A DNA stretch of 64,000 nt, from the IMG/VR virus record IMGVR_UViG_3300036762_000188. One strand, 5' to 3'. Shown here piece after piece: positions 19,008-28,566 of this stretch. The position numbers and the translations under genes were made by a program. The stretch is from a virus. Its lineage: Duplodnaviria > Caudoviricetes. The number at the start of each line of letters is the position of its first letter. Within the stretch, counting starts at the first letter, position 1. A model generated the notes under the pieces. The model searched no databases, was not told the DNA's origin, and worked only from the letters and a program-made list of their open reading frames with translations.

Positions 19008-20618
19008 TTACTCTACGAACGTGTAGTCGCCGGTTAGATACTGATATCCTAAGTTGGCAAATACAACGCTATGGAACCAATCGTCTGGTATATTAGGGTC
19101 TTTTATGTATAGGCGTCTACCTGTCCTAGTCTCCTCCTCGTAGATAGCTAGCGCATCATTCCAAAGCCCTTCTGTTAGATTCCAGTTCGGAGTAGCGAAT
19201 CTGTGAACACCTAACCTCATCTTCATCATAACGTTATCCATGGCCTGTGTACGATCTGCTGCCAGGAAATTACCATTACTATTCCAGTACAATCTGGTAT
19301 TAGAGGTTACGTATTGACACATGATGACCTTATCTCTACCTAGCTTATTGGCCATTAGTTCTGCCTGTAGTACGCCTACTCCGCGGTCAGAAGCTACTAT
19401 ACTAACATTCCACTTCCTGGCTATCTCACACACTCTATCGACTTGATCTAGTATCTTACCCTCTGATAGCTTAGTAGCCTCTAATAGTATCATTCCTCCG
19501 GTAGAATCAATACCTATAACAGACACTACCGTCATGGAGGACTGTGATCCAGATACCGACCAGTCTACTCCTAATACTACGTTGGTTATAGACTTAGCCC
19601 TGCTTAGCATCTCTCCTGATAGATTGGACCCGTCTGGGCTAGGCCATTCAGTCCAATCAGGTACGCAACATCCCTGAGCCTCTCCTAGAGATAACGATGA
19701 TGCCCCTAGGTCCGTGGCTAGTCCGAATATCTCATTGGCTATTAATGTAGGTGTATACATTACACCTTTTCTAGATAAGTCTACTTTAGCGTATAACCTC
19801 TCCCATTTACCAGGCTTGCAGTTTGCCCCGAATATAAGCTGTGGCAGGTGCAGGCCTTGTCTCTTAACTCCGGGTTTGGTTGAAACCCACTGCCCACCGT
19901 TAAATGAGAATGGGCTATGGCAGTAAGGACATACTAGAGTCTTAGGGTTAACACACATCTCCATGCACAAATCGTATTCATTAGGTATGACCCATTTACT
20001 ACACTTATCGCACTTCTTAACGAACTCCATCTGATTAGTAGTCAGCCATAGCTGCTCTAAGGTGTTCGCAGTAGACTTACTAGTCCCGGTGAATATCTGG
20101 TATCCGTAATCTGAAGTGTTAAGAACCTCGGCTATGACGGGTATGATATCTATTGATACATCCTGCACCTCGTCTATACATAATAGATCCGCAGTGATAC
20201 CACGCACCCTATCGGCGTCCGCACCTGTCTGCGCGTATGACAGGATGACTTCTGACTTATTATTGTAGCTCTTATGGAATACGTTACCTACGTCTTTACT
20301 ATTAACAAAGAACTTCTTGATGAACTTAGAATCGCGGAATATATCTAGGTACCCTACAGAAAAGCGTTTAGTCTGAGTCTGGGACGGAGATATGTATAGG
20401 CTGGTAAACCAAGGCTGAGAGATAGATCCTATATTTATACGTCCGCCTAATCCTAGAGATTTACCTACCTGTCTAGCAGCCTTAACCACTAGCACCTCTG
20501 GGTACATGTCATATATAAGACGTTGAGGATCATAGTCAGGTTCAAATCTTACTCTGGAACCTTTGAAGTCCAGGATCGCCTGTGCGTACTTAGACCCTGT
20601 AGCTTTTATAGTGGGCAT
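19008..20618 (-). CDS. terminase large subunit
   Basis: Walker A VVKAARQVGKS, Walker B LLCIDEVQD, GTSK, CxxC...CxxC, nuclease VLGVDW and DDWFHS. Confidence 0.9.
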   Translation of the reverse strand: MPTIKATGSKYAQAILDFKGSRVRFEPDYDPQRLIYDMYPEVLVVKAARQVGKSLGLGGRINIGSISQPWFTSLYISPSQTQTKRFSVGYLDIFRDSKFIKKFFVNSKDVGNVFHKSYNNKSEVILSYAQTGADADRVRGITADLLCIDEVQDVSIDIIPVIAEVLNTSDYGYQIFTGTSKSTANTLEQLWLTTNQMEFVKKCDKCSKWVIPNEYDLCMEMCVNPKTLVCPYCHSPFSFNGGQWVSTKPGVKRQGLHLPQLIFGANCKPGKWERLYAKVDLSRKGVMYTPTLIANEIFGLATDLGASSLSLGEAQGCCVPDWTEWPSPDGSNLSGEMLSRAKSITNVVLGVDWSVSGSQSSMTVVSVIGIDSTGGMILLEATKLSEGKILDQVDRVCEIARKWNVSIVASDRGVGVLQAELMANKLGRDKVIMCQYVTSNTRLYWNSNGNFLAADRTQAMDNVMMKMRLGVHRFATPNWNLTEGLWNDALAIYEEETRTGRRLYIKDPNIPDDWFHSVVFANLGYQYLTGDYTFVE

Positions 20619-20651
20619 ATACTGTCCTTTTTTAAGTATGATAATTACCTA

Positions 20652-20670
20652 TATTTTATGGTATAAGTAC
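20652..20670. promoter_or_regulatory. back-to-back divergent promoter motifs (TAAAATA on minus, GGTATAAGTAC on plus)
   Basis: Both recurrent motifs sit in the short gap between terminase and the ORF at 20694. Confidence 0.55.
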
Positions 20671-20693
20671 TATAGTGAGTTTAGGAGTCTACT

Positions 20694-21242
20694 ATGGGCA
20701 TTAGAGACGTTATGGAGATTGAGGGGTATGTATGCGACCACAAGGCATACATAGACATAACACTTTTCAGGACTCTTGATAAGAGAGTCTTAATGATAGA
20801 GTCTTTGGCTCATATGGGTAGAGTGGTGAGGATACTTTCGAAAGAAGGTTTGGATATCTCATTACTCTACCAGTTGTACATAACTACCGGCTACTCTTCT
20901 GCATGGAGTAGAAGTGCCAAGGCTAGGGGGCTGGCGTCTTACATAAAAGCCTATAAATGCAAGTATAAGAGTATACCTGCATTCTTAGAGGCTTGCTACC
21001 TTACTGGTATTAATGGGGATTATATCTATATACCAGACCTAATAGGTAGTACGGAGGGCGTCACGGAAGAGCTAATTGATAAGGCTGAAGAACTTAGCGA
21101 ACGCGTACTCTTGGAAATTAATAACAAATACGTGGATGACAAAATAGAGGAGCTTGAATTACGGATGAAAACATTGAAGCTAAATATAGATACTAGCCTC
21201 TTGCAGTTTCTGGAGGCTCTAAGGAGTAAACATGAGACTTGA
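20694..21242 (+). CDS. hypothetical protein
   Basis: 182 aa, AGGAG RBS, plus-strand promoter motif upstream. Confidence 0.65.
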   Translation: MGIRDVMEIEGYVCDHKAYIDITLFRTLDKRVLMIESLAHMGRVVRILSKEGLDISLLYQLYITTGYSSAWSRSAKARGLASYIKAYKCKYKSIPAFLEACYLTGINGDYIYIPDLIGSTEGVTEELIDKAEELSERVLLEINNKYVDDKIEELELRMKTLKLNIDTSLLQFLEALRSKHET

Positions 21243-21657
21243 CAGATTATTAAACAGCATGTCTGATATGACACCGTCTGCAGAGAAAGATCTCTGCACA
21301 TTACCCTTTATAAAGATGGGTGTCGACGCAGTAGCGTCTACCTCTTCACAACTATTCTACCGTTGCATGCGAAACGGTGATCTTATAAAGGACGCCATGT
21401 CCGGCAAGCTATTGATAGTGGACATGGTTATAGATACCCCGCTAAATGATATATTAGTAAGGTACCTAATGGAACTACAGCAGCACGGTTATTCTAGACA
21501 TCCCGATAGGTTGATACTAGAATTATTGGCCGCAGTAGTATCTTACGGAGAAGACTGCCTTCGTAAGAATGATATAGTGGGCGCATGTAGAGTGCAGTCC
21601 GAATGGCGCAAGATAGGCGCTGTATGTGAAGAAGTATGGGTTAACATAGCGGCCTAG
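21232..21657 (+). CDS. hypothetical protein
   Basis: 141 aa, AAGGAG RBS. Confidence 0.65.
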   Translation: MRLDRLLNSMSDMTPSAEKDLCTLPFIKMGVDAVASTSSQLFYRCMRNGDLIKDAMSGKLLIVDMVIDTPLNDILVRYLMELQQHGYSRHPDRLILELLAAVVSYGEDCLRKNDIVGACRVQSEWRKIGAVCEEVWVNIAA

Positions 21658-21671
21658 GCCGCTTAACTATA

Positions 21672-21703
21672 GGAGCAGGTACCCCCCCCCTGCTCCATTT
21701 TTT
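21672..21703 (+). terminator. probable terminator
   Basis: GGAGCAGG...CCTGCTCC stem followed by ATTTTTT. Confidence 0.55.
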
Positions 21704-21793
21704 AGATTACGCAGGTATAAATACAATGTGGTATTGACATGGCTACCTCTGCGTATTAACATTGCAGGTAGTTTTTTACATTAGGAGAAGTTG

Positions 21794-23599
21794 ATGACTG
21801 AGTACTTAGGTATTAATATCGATTACAGTAGAGATCGAATTATACCGGAACAGGGATTGTTAATGTTGACCACTAAGGGTTTCTATAAAACTGAGTGGGA
21901 GGGTTCTCCTCAAGAATCTTTTGCTAGAGCATCTACTTGCTACTGTTTCGGCGACTATGAATTAGCTAAGCGTATATATGACGCAGTGTCTAGTAAATGG
22001 TTTACATTCGCCAGTCCAGTGCTGAGCACCGCTATTGAGATAGAGTGGCCGCGGGACTTGAGAGATTTCGAAGCTTATGGAGATTGGCTAGAGGATAACA
22101 TAGACACTCCATCAGGCCTGCCTATAAGTTGTTTCTTAAATAGTATTGAGGACACTAAGGAGAGTCTAGTAGACACGCGTACGGAGGCTAACCTGCTGAG
22201 TATGAGTGGCGGCGGTATCGGTGTATACTTTGGTAACCGCTCCCCAGATGAGAAATCTACAGGTGTAATGGCGCACTTAGCTGGATGGGACGCCGACTGC
22301 CTATCATATAAACAGACCAGCTCACGCCGCGGTAGTATAGCAGCGTATTTAGATATCACTCACCCTGAAATCATTAAGTTCATACGTACCCGTAATCCTA
22401 TCGGCGGTAAGAACTTTAACATAAATACAGGTGTTAACATTACCGATAAGTTTATGAAAGCCGTTATAAATGGCGATGACTATGAGCTTATCGATCCTAA
22501 GCATGGACCTACGGGGATATTCCTATCAGCACGAGAAGTGTGGGAAGATTTAATGGATCAGCGCTTTGAGACCGGCGAACCGTACCTATGTTTCATTGAT
22601 ACTATCAATCGTAGCCGTCCGCCACAGATAACTAAGGCCCTGTATAATGTCCGCCAGAGTAACCTATGTTCAGAGATTACTCTTATGACGTCTAATAAGC
22701 GTACGGCTGTGTGCTGCCTATCGTCTCTAAACTTGGATAAGTACGATGAGTGGAAGGATACTACGCTAGTAGCAGACTTGGTAAGATTCTTAGATAACGT
22801 GCTAGAGTACTTCATTAGACTGGCCCCTCCGGGTTTAAGCAAGGCAGTATACTCCGCCCGTAAAGAGCGCGCTATAGGCCTCGGTACTTTAGGGTTCCAT
22901 AGCTATCTACAGCGTAAAGGCGTACCATTCGAGTCCGGTGGTCTAGGAAGCGCTTCACAGATAAACTTTAACATATACCGTAATATCAAGGCCCAGGCAG
23001 TAGAGTCTAGTAAGGTACTGGCTAGTGAACGAGGAGAGCCTGATGACTGTGTAGGAAGCGGCATGCGTAATAGTCATTTACTGGCTATAGCTCCTAACGC
23101 CAGCAGCTCATCCCTTGTCAACGTCAGTCCTTCTATCGAACCGTGGGCCGCTAACGCGTTCTCTGCCGAAGGTCGTGCCGGTGCATTCTTGATAAAGAAC
23201 CCGCACTTAGTAACGGCTTTAGAGGAGTTAAATCTTAATACTGCGGATATGTGGGCTCGCATAGTTAAGGCAGAGGGTTCTATTCAGGGTATAGAGGAGA
23301 TTCCCGAGAGCGTACGTAGAGTATTTAAGACTAGCTTCGAGATAGACCAGATGTGGATCATAGAACACGCTGCTATCCGGGCTCCTGAAGTATGCCAGAG
23401 TCAGTCGGTGAATACCTTCTTGCTGCCCGGCAGTACTGCTCAGATGGCTAGTGATATCTGTATTGCCGCCTGGGCTAAAGGCGTCAAGTCTTTATATTAC
23501 TGCCGTTCAGATGCACCGGTCAGCGCCAGTGTATCACGATCGGATACCGTACGGTCTAGTAAACCCTCCGAGCCAGCGTGCTTATCTTGTGAAGGATGA
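21794..23599 (+). CDS. nrdA: ribonucleotide reductase class I, alpha subunit
   Basis: PISCF, SGGGIG, GEPY, SNLCSEI, AVCCLSS, AIAPNASSS, CQSQS, KSLYY and C-terminal CLSCEG; no obvious ATP-cone. Confidence 0.95.
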   Translation: MTEYLGINIDYSRDRIIPEQGLLMLTTKGFYKTEWEGSPQESFARASTCYCFGDYELAKRIYDAVSSKWFTFASPVLSTAIEIEWPRDLRDFEAYGDWLEDNIDTPSGLPISCFLNSIEDTKESLVDTRTEANLLSMSGGGIGVYFGNRSPDEKSTGVMAHLAGWDADCLSYKQTSSRRGSIAAYLDITHPEIIKFIRTRNPIGGKNFNINTGVNITDKFMKAVINGDDYELIDPKHGPTGIFLSAREVWEDLMDQRFETGEPYLCFIDTINRSRPPQITKALYNVRQSNLCSEITLMTSNKRTAVCCLSSLNLDKYDEWKDTTLVADLVRFLDNVLEYFIRLAPPGLSKAVYSARKERAIGLGTLGFHSYLQRKGVPFESGGLGSASQINFNIYRNIKAQAVESSKVLASERGEPDDCVGSGMRNSHLLAIAPNASSSSLVNVSPSIEPWAANAFSAEGRAGAFLIKNPHLVTALEELNLNTADMWARIVKAEGSIQGIEEIPESVRRVFKTSFEIDQMWIIEHAAIRAPEVCQSQSVNTFLLPGSTAQMASDICIAAWAKGVKSLYYCRSDAPVSASVSRSDTVRSSKPSEPACLSCEG

Positions 23600-23859
23600 A
23601 TGTAATGAATAGTAATGAAGCGATAATCCAGGCCCTTGATTCGGTACGTAGACTATACGCTAAGGAGATAGATGATATTGACAGTAAGATACGTACGGCT
23701 GCTGGTATGGGGAAGTTCTATGTGTCCATAGATCTAACTGATTACCGTAGTGATATCACTCCTATGAAGGACGCCTTAGTTAACTTGTATAGATATAAAT
23801 CTTTCACCGTGAAGTTACCTTTACCTGGTAGCGTGATTAACCTGGAGTGGCCTTTATGA
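23596..23859 (+). CDS. hypothetical protein between nrdA and nrdB
   Basis: 87 aa, overlaps both neighbours. Confidence 0.55.
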   Translation: MNVMNSNEAIIQALDSVRRLYAKEIDDIDSKIRTAAGMGKFYVSIDLTDYRSDITPMKDALVNLYRYKSFTVKLPLPGSVINLEWPL

Positions 23860-24854
23860 TTATCTTTGAGCCTACACGTACGTACCACCCGTTTAAGGCG
23901 GCGTGGGCCATGGAGCTGGCAGAAGAACACTCTATCAGTCTATACTGGGATAAGCATCAGCTTGAGTTTACGGATGACATCCGTCAGTATCACTCTAAGG
24001 ATGGCCTTAAGACTGCTAACGTCAGCCATGAGTCTAACAAGAACATGCTGGCTAAAAATCTTAGCGTATTCACCCAGAGTGATGTAGCGGTAGGAGAGTT
24101 GTACTGCCGACTGCTACCTTACGTTAAGAACAATGAGATACGCAATTGGTTCATGGTGGCTGCTGCCCGTGAATCTACGCACCAGAGATGTTACGCTGCT
24201 GCGGTGGAGGAGTTAGGGTTCCCCGAGTCTACATGGGGTGAGTTCATGGAGTATAAAGCCATGAGCGATAAGATCGATCTTATTAGTGCTGCTAGTGAAG
24301 ATCTATCTAAGCCTATAAACTTCGCTAAGACTCTAGCACAACTTCTGTTGGCTGAGGGTATTGCCTTATTCGGAGCCTTCGCTAGTATGCTCAATCTTAA
24401 GCGCTTCGGGCTTATGATGGGTGTTAACAAGATTAACGAATGGTCACTTCGAGATGAAGAGCGTCACGTATACGGTAACATACTCGCGTTGAACGACGTC
24501 AAGTCTTACCTAACCGATGTAGAGTTGGTAGAGTTAAATGAGTTCATAGTAGAGGCAGTTACTCGTTATCGTGCAGCTGAGCATAAGTTCATCGAGCTAG
24601 CATACGAGATGGGTCCTCAGGAAGGTATGACTGAGGGAGACATGAAGGACTACATAGATTACCTATGTGATTTACGATTAGAGCGTCTAGGGCTAGATCC
24701 TATCTACGGCACTAAAGATAACCCTTTAGAGTGGATGGATTGGTTACTAACAGGGCGTAAGCACGTTAACTTCTTTGAGAATCGTGTATCTCAGTATGAT
24801 CACTTAGGATTGATAGGTGGTGTAGAATACGATAAGTACGCATCTTATCTATAA
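23856..24854 (+). CDS. nrdB: ribonucleotide reductase class Ia, beta subunit
   Basis: Diiron ligands QSD, ESTH with radical Tyr at H+4, EG..LFGAF, RDEERH; NFFE.RV..Y. Confidence 0.93.
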   Translation: MIIFEPTRTYHPFKAAWAMELAEEHSISLYWDKHQLEFTDDIRQYHSKDGLKTANVSHESNKNMLAKNLSVFTQSDVAVGELYCRLLPYVKNNEIRNWFMVAAARESTHQRCYAAAVEELGFPESTWGEFMEYKAMSDKIDLISAASEDLSKPINFAKTLAQLLLAEGIALFGAFASMLNLKRFGLMMGVNKINEWSLRDEERHVYGNILALNDVKSYLTDVELVELNEFIVEAVTRYRAAEHKFIELAYEMGPQEGMTEGDMKDYIDYLCDLRLERLGLDPIYGTKDNPLEWMDWLLTGRKHVNFFENRVSQYDHLGLIGGVEYDKYASYL

Positions 24855-24942
24855 GGGTACCCCCTCTTACTTAAAAAGAGGGGTTTAGTTATAAACATAT
24901 TGTAAGGGAACTTACGATCTCCAATATTTAAAGGAACATTAA

Positions 24943-26034
24943 ATGTCTAATACTATCGTTAATATCCCAGGCCGTGAATCACAAACTCTTACTGGTATGG
25001 TCCTGAGCGAGAAGGAAGTTCGCGACGCGTACGCAGGTGTGATCGACCTCGGTTCTTACGTAGCCACTACAACTAAATCTGGAGATGATACTATTATCAC
25101 CTTCGCTAACCGTACTGGCACTAAAGGTGCTGATACTATCGTTAATATCCCTGGTCGTGAGTCTCAGACCCTTACTGGTATGGTCTTGAGCGAGAAAGAC
25201 GTCCGTGACGCGTACGCAGGTGTAATTGACCTAGGCTCTTACGTAGCTACAACTACTACTTCAGGCGGTAACACTGTTATTACCTTCGCTAACCGTACTG
25301 GCACTAAAGGTGCTGATACTATCGTTAATATCCCAGGCCGAGAATCCCAGACTCTTACGGGTATGGTCCTGAGTGAGAAAGACGTCCGCGATGCTTACGC
25401 AGGTGTGATTGACTTAGGCTCTTACGTAGCTACAACTACTACTTCAGGCGGTAACACTGTTATTACCTTCGCTAACCGTACTGGTACTAAGGGTGCCACT
25501 GCAGTGATTATTGATGGTGTCCAGGTCCTGTCTACTCCGGTAGATATGGATGAAGAGGATGTGCTGGATATCCTTGAGTCGGGCGCCTTTGGCGATGTCA
25601 CTGACTACGAGTATACTACTCAGGAAGTAGGTAATACTACCTTCATGACTTTCACCCCAGTTATGGGTGAACTCGAGGCTCTTTTAAATAAGAACAAGCC
25701 TGTAGATTTGAAGGCCCTATTACTGCAAGGGCTAGTTGATAGTGACTCTTCAGACTTAGAGGAAGATGAGGGTGAAGACTATTATTGTTTTGATGAGTTT
25801 GATGAGTTTGATGAAGGCGAGGAGGACGAAGACGAGGTAACCTCTACCGAAGTTATCATCGACGGTATGACGCCTCGTGTTCTACAGGGCATCATAATGG
25901 ATGCTAGTATGCTGATCGCAGCTTACCGTGACACTATTGACTTAAGCCAGTATGTAGCAGAAGAGCGTGTGCAGGGCAGTGTACTTAAGGTATATTTTAC
26001 AAAACGCCAAGGTGCTAAAGGTGCCCTGGCGTAA
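24943..26034 (+). CDS. poly-ubiquitin-like precursor (tandem PRTRC protein C-like Ubl domains)
   Basis: Three 61-aa repeats ending NRTGTKG, a degenerate 4th unit, an acidic linker and a 5th unit ending KRQGAKG-ALA; upstream of E2, JAB and E1 genes. Confidence 0.8.
   Translation: MSNTIVNIPGRESQTLTGMVLSEKEVRDAYAGVIDLGSYVATTTKSGDDTIITFANRTGTKGADTIVNIPGRESQTLTGMVLSEKDVRDAYAGVIDLGSYVATTTTSGGNTVITFANRTGTKGADTIVNIPGRESQTLTGMVLSEKDVRDAYAGVIDLGSYVATTTTSGGNTVITFANRTGTKGATAVIIDGVQVLSTPVDMDEEDVLDILESGAFGDVTDYEYTTQEVGNTTFMTFTPVMGELEALLNKNKPVDLKALLLQGLVDSDSSDLEEDEGEDYYCFDEFDEFDEGEEDEDEVTSTEVIIDGMTPRVLQGIIMDASMLIAAYRDTIDLSQYVAEERVQGSVLKVYFTKRQGAKGALA
24946..25494 (+). repeat. 183-bp tandem coding repeat x3
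   Basis: Units about 24946-25128, 25129-25311 and 25312-25494; units 2 and 3 differ only synonymously. Confidence 0.95.
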
Positions 26035-26040
26035 TTAAAT

Positions 26041-26062
26041 AAGGGGCTTCGGCCCCTTTTTT
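26041..26062 (+). terminator. Rho-independent terminator after the poly-Ubl gene
   Basis: GGGGC-TTCG-GCCCC stem followed by TTTTTT. Confidence 0.85.
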
Positions 26063-26079
26063 ATTAAGGGTATTTTAAG

Positions 26080-26601
26080 ATGGATTTTAGATCTTCTTGC
26101 ATGGCAAGAATACGCACTCTATTAGAAGAGTACGGTTCTACTAACGGATTACACCTACCAATCGGAGCTATAAATAGCACTTTAGGTTATATAGGGCCTT
26201 CAGGAGGCGTCTCTAATAATAATAATAGATTAATTTACTTAATGGTGGGCGCCTTGACAGAACCTGCCAGTTATAACCACTGGCTTTTAAATGGCAGATC
26301 TATACCTATATATCTAGAGCATAACGCTAGTGTATGTATAGGCGTAGTGAGTGGGTATAGAGAACAGTTAATGGAGCAGCTCGAAAGGCTACATGGGGCT
26401 ACTGTATCTATCGTACACATGAGTGATACAGTGTCTACTGTAAGGATTAGATTTCAAGGAGGAACCCTTGAAGGCGTTATGGCTTCTTTAGTGCAGTTAC
26501 GACAGATTATATCTGATATGGTTCTTAGTGGCAGGGCGTATGGATCTACTATACCTAACGTAAGTTATATGCTAGAGGAGGGTTCACATGGAACTTCTTG
26601 A
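26080..26601 (+). CDS. hypothetical protein in the Ubl cassette
   Basis: 173 aa between poly-Ubl and E2. Confidence 0.6.
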   Translation: MDFRSSCMARIRTLLEEYGSTNGLHLPIGAINSTLGYIGPSGGVSNNNNRLIYLMVGALTEPASYNHWLLNGRSIPIYLEHNASVCIGVVSGYREQLMEQLERLHGATVSIVHMSDTVSTVRIRFQGGTLEGVMASLVQLRQIISDMVLSGRAYGSTIPNVSYMLEEGSHGTS

Positions 26602-26860
26602 GGCTATACTCGCCGTAGAGTCTAATGTAGCCGCGTCCCCTTTAGACGCAGCCGCAGAAGAGCTAATGACATTAGAAGCCAGGGTCCCTGATATCAGCTC
26701 TATAAGTGAGGTACTGCGCGTATTAGAGCGTGGCAATGACCTGCTTAACACTATCAATAGAGGTCCAGATCGTTACTGGCATAGCACATATAATAGTGTG
26801 TTCAACTTACAAAGGATATTATCCGTACCAACTTGTTCAGCAGGAGTGATTTATGTCTAG
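26588..26860 (+). CDS. hypothetical protein in the Ubl cassette
   Basis: 90 aa, GAGGAGG RBS, overlaps neighbours. Confidence 0.6.
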   Translation: MELLEAILAVESNVAASPLDAAAEELMTLEARVPDISSISEVLRVLERGNDLLNTINRGPDRYWHSTYNSVFNLQRILSVPTCSAGVIYV

Positions 26861-27485
26861 TTTAATTATAAGCATGGACCGTAAGGATATCGTAACCGTA
26901 AAGGATGCTACAGGCAGCCACTTGAAAACTATGTCGGTAACGTCATTTATAAACCTGCTTAAAGCCCTTAATCCAGAGGCCGTGGATTCCGTAGGGCGCC
27001 CTATATCCCTTCCTACCAGTATACTTACCATAGCAGGTTCCCCTGCTCTATATAGTATATCTATGTACTTTCCCGAAAAAGAGGCTGTTGTACGGTGTAG
27101 CGGCACTAATTATAACATCGTACTCCCTAATATAGTGCTAGAGATAGACCTGACCGAAGGTCCTGGATGCTGGACTATCACTAGAACTAGATGGATAATG
27201 ACTGACAAGAGCCGGGTTGATTATAAACCTGAGTACGGTAAAGTTCTAGCTATGCCTAACGTGTATAGCGGCGGCAGTATGTGCTACGGCGGTAACGCAC
27301 TACCCGGCAGGATCTACCATGATTGGACTATACTAGATAGCCTGTATCATGATGTATTACTGAAATCTCCATTCAACAATGACCTAGGTGTACCTGGAGT
27401 TGGTGCAAGTGCCGACGACTGGTTAAAAACCCTTAGCGATCGCCGACTTAACGGTGATAAATTCCCATATGAAAGATTCTTCTGA
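26853..27485 (+). CDS. prokaryotic E2 family D-like conjugating enzyme (PRTRC protein B-like)
   Basis: LAMPNVYSGGSMCYGGN ... SPFNNDL fits the P.NVY..G.ICWG ... FN.DL signature; candidate catalytic Cys present. Confidence 0.75.
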   Translation: MSSLIISMDRKDIVTVKDATGSHLKTMSVTSFINLLKALNPEAVDSVGRPISLPTSILTIAGSPALYSISMYFPEKEAVVRCSGTNYNIVLPNIVLEIDLTEGPGCWTITRTRWIMTDKSRVDYKPEYGKVLAMPNVYSGGSMCYGGNALPGRIYHDWTILDSLYHDVLLKSPFNNDLGVPGVGASADDWLKTLSDRRLNGDKFPYERFF

Positions 27486-27492
27486 GGCTAAT

Positions 27493-28566
27493 ATGTCTAT
27501 TATCATAAACCCTATTACTACCGTGTTACTTAATCATACAGAAGTGGATGACCCTAAGTACAATCACTTCATGTTCAAATATGTGCTGGAGAAGGACCTG
27601 ACGTTAACTAGTACGTCTGTCATGACCGGTGGACGGTTTATCAAGAAGTACATAGCCAACCTGGCCGGTAAGAAACTACCTGCCGACGAGATACAGCCAC
27701 TAGTTAACGGGGTTAAGATCCCTATCCTCATCATGCATCAGATCCATAAGTTCTTCATTGATGTTATGAAATTGCATTCTGGCAGTGAAGCGCAAGCTTT
27801 TGTGGTCATGAGAGACGGTGAGTACAAGATATTAATCCCTGAGCAGACAGTAAGCGGGGCTGCTGTAACCTATGACCTGACTAAGGAATTATTACCGGGC
27901 GATATTATAGTTATGGATATACACTCCCATAACTCTATGGCTGCGTTCTGGTCCGGTACAGATAACCGTGATGATAGTAAGAATACATGGATCTCTGGAG
28001 TATTCGGCAAGGTAAATACTAAGCTGGAGTATAAGTTCCGCTTCAGTGATGCTACAGGGTCTCATTATGATCTTGACATTAAGGACGTCTTTGAAGAGGC
28101 TGCCGAGGTATCGATACCTGCAGAGTGGGTATCTAATGTAAAAAAGTCGGTACTCTCACGAGCGCCTATAAGCAATTACCCCGGGTTATACCGAGGCCCT
28201 TCGAAGCCGAAGAAGTGGAAGCAGAGCCCGGGCTCTTTAGAATGGGTTGGTGGAACAGACTATTCAGAGGATGATCTATCCTTAGATACAATGATCACCT
28301 CTCTAGAAGATGCCTTAGTGGAGGACGAGTTGGTAGATATAATGACAGACATGATCGACCCGTATGCAGGGGATCGCCTAATGGTTAGTAAGGTACTGTC
28401 TAGTCTGGAAAACGCCTTCAGTGGTAACGGTAATATAGACGTATCGTTCCCTATAGGTGCCGAGAACCTATTCCATAAAACTCACACTGTATTATCAGGA
28501 TATGGTACCGATAACAGTACCATACTGACGTCACTAGCTACCGTAAAGGGTATGTACAATGTTTGA
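27493..28566 (+). CDS. JAB/MPN+ metallopeptidase (deubiquitinase-like, PRTRC protein A-like)
   Basis: E...P.Q.VS and DIHSHNSMAAFWSGTDNRDD (HxH-x7-S-x2-D); GAGG RBS before ATG 27493. Confidence 0.9.
   Translation: MSIIINPITTVLLNHTEVDDPKYNHFMFKYVLEKDLTLTSTSVMTGGRFIKKYIANLAGKKLPADEIQPLVNGVKIPILIMHQIHKFFIDVMKLHSGSEAQAFVVMRDGEYKILIPEQTVSGAAVTYDLTKELLPGDIIVMDIHSHNSMAAFWSGTDNRDDSKNTWISGVFGKVNTKLEYKFRFSDATGSHYDLDIKDVFEEAAEVSIPAEWVSNVKKSVLSRAPISNYPGLYRGPSKPKKWKQSPGSLEWVGGTDYSEDDLSLDTMITSLEDALVEDELVDIMTDMIDPYAGDRLMVSKVLSSLENAFSGNGNIDVSFPIGAENLFHKTHTVLSGYGTDNSTILTSLATVKGMYNV

Noticed and set aside
23596-23859. Homing endonuclease or intron remnant between nrdA and nrdB
   Set aside because: No HNH, GIY-YIG or LAGLIDADG motif, and both nrd genes are uninterrupted.
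24946-25494. Assembly artefact or CRISPR-like explanation for the 183-bp repeats
   Set aside because: The units differ at many synonymous positions, stay in frame and have no spacers.
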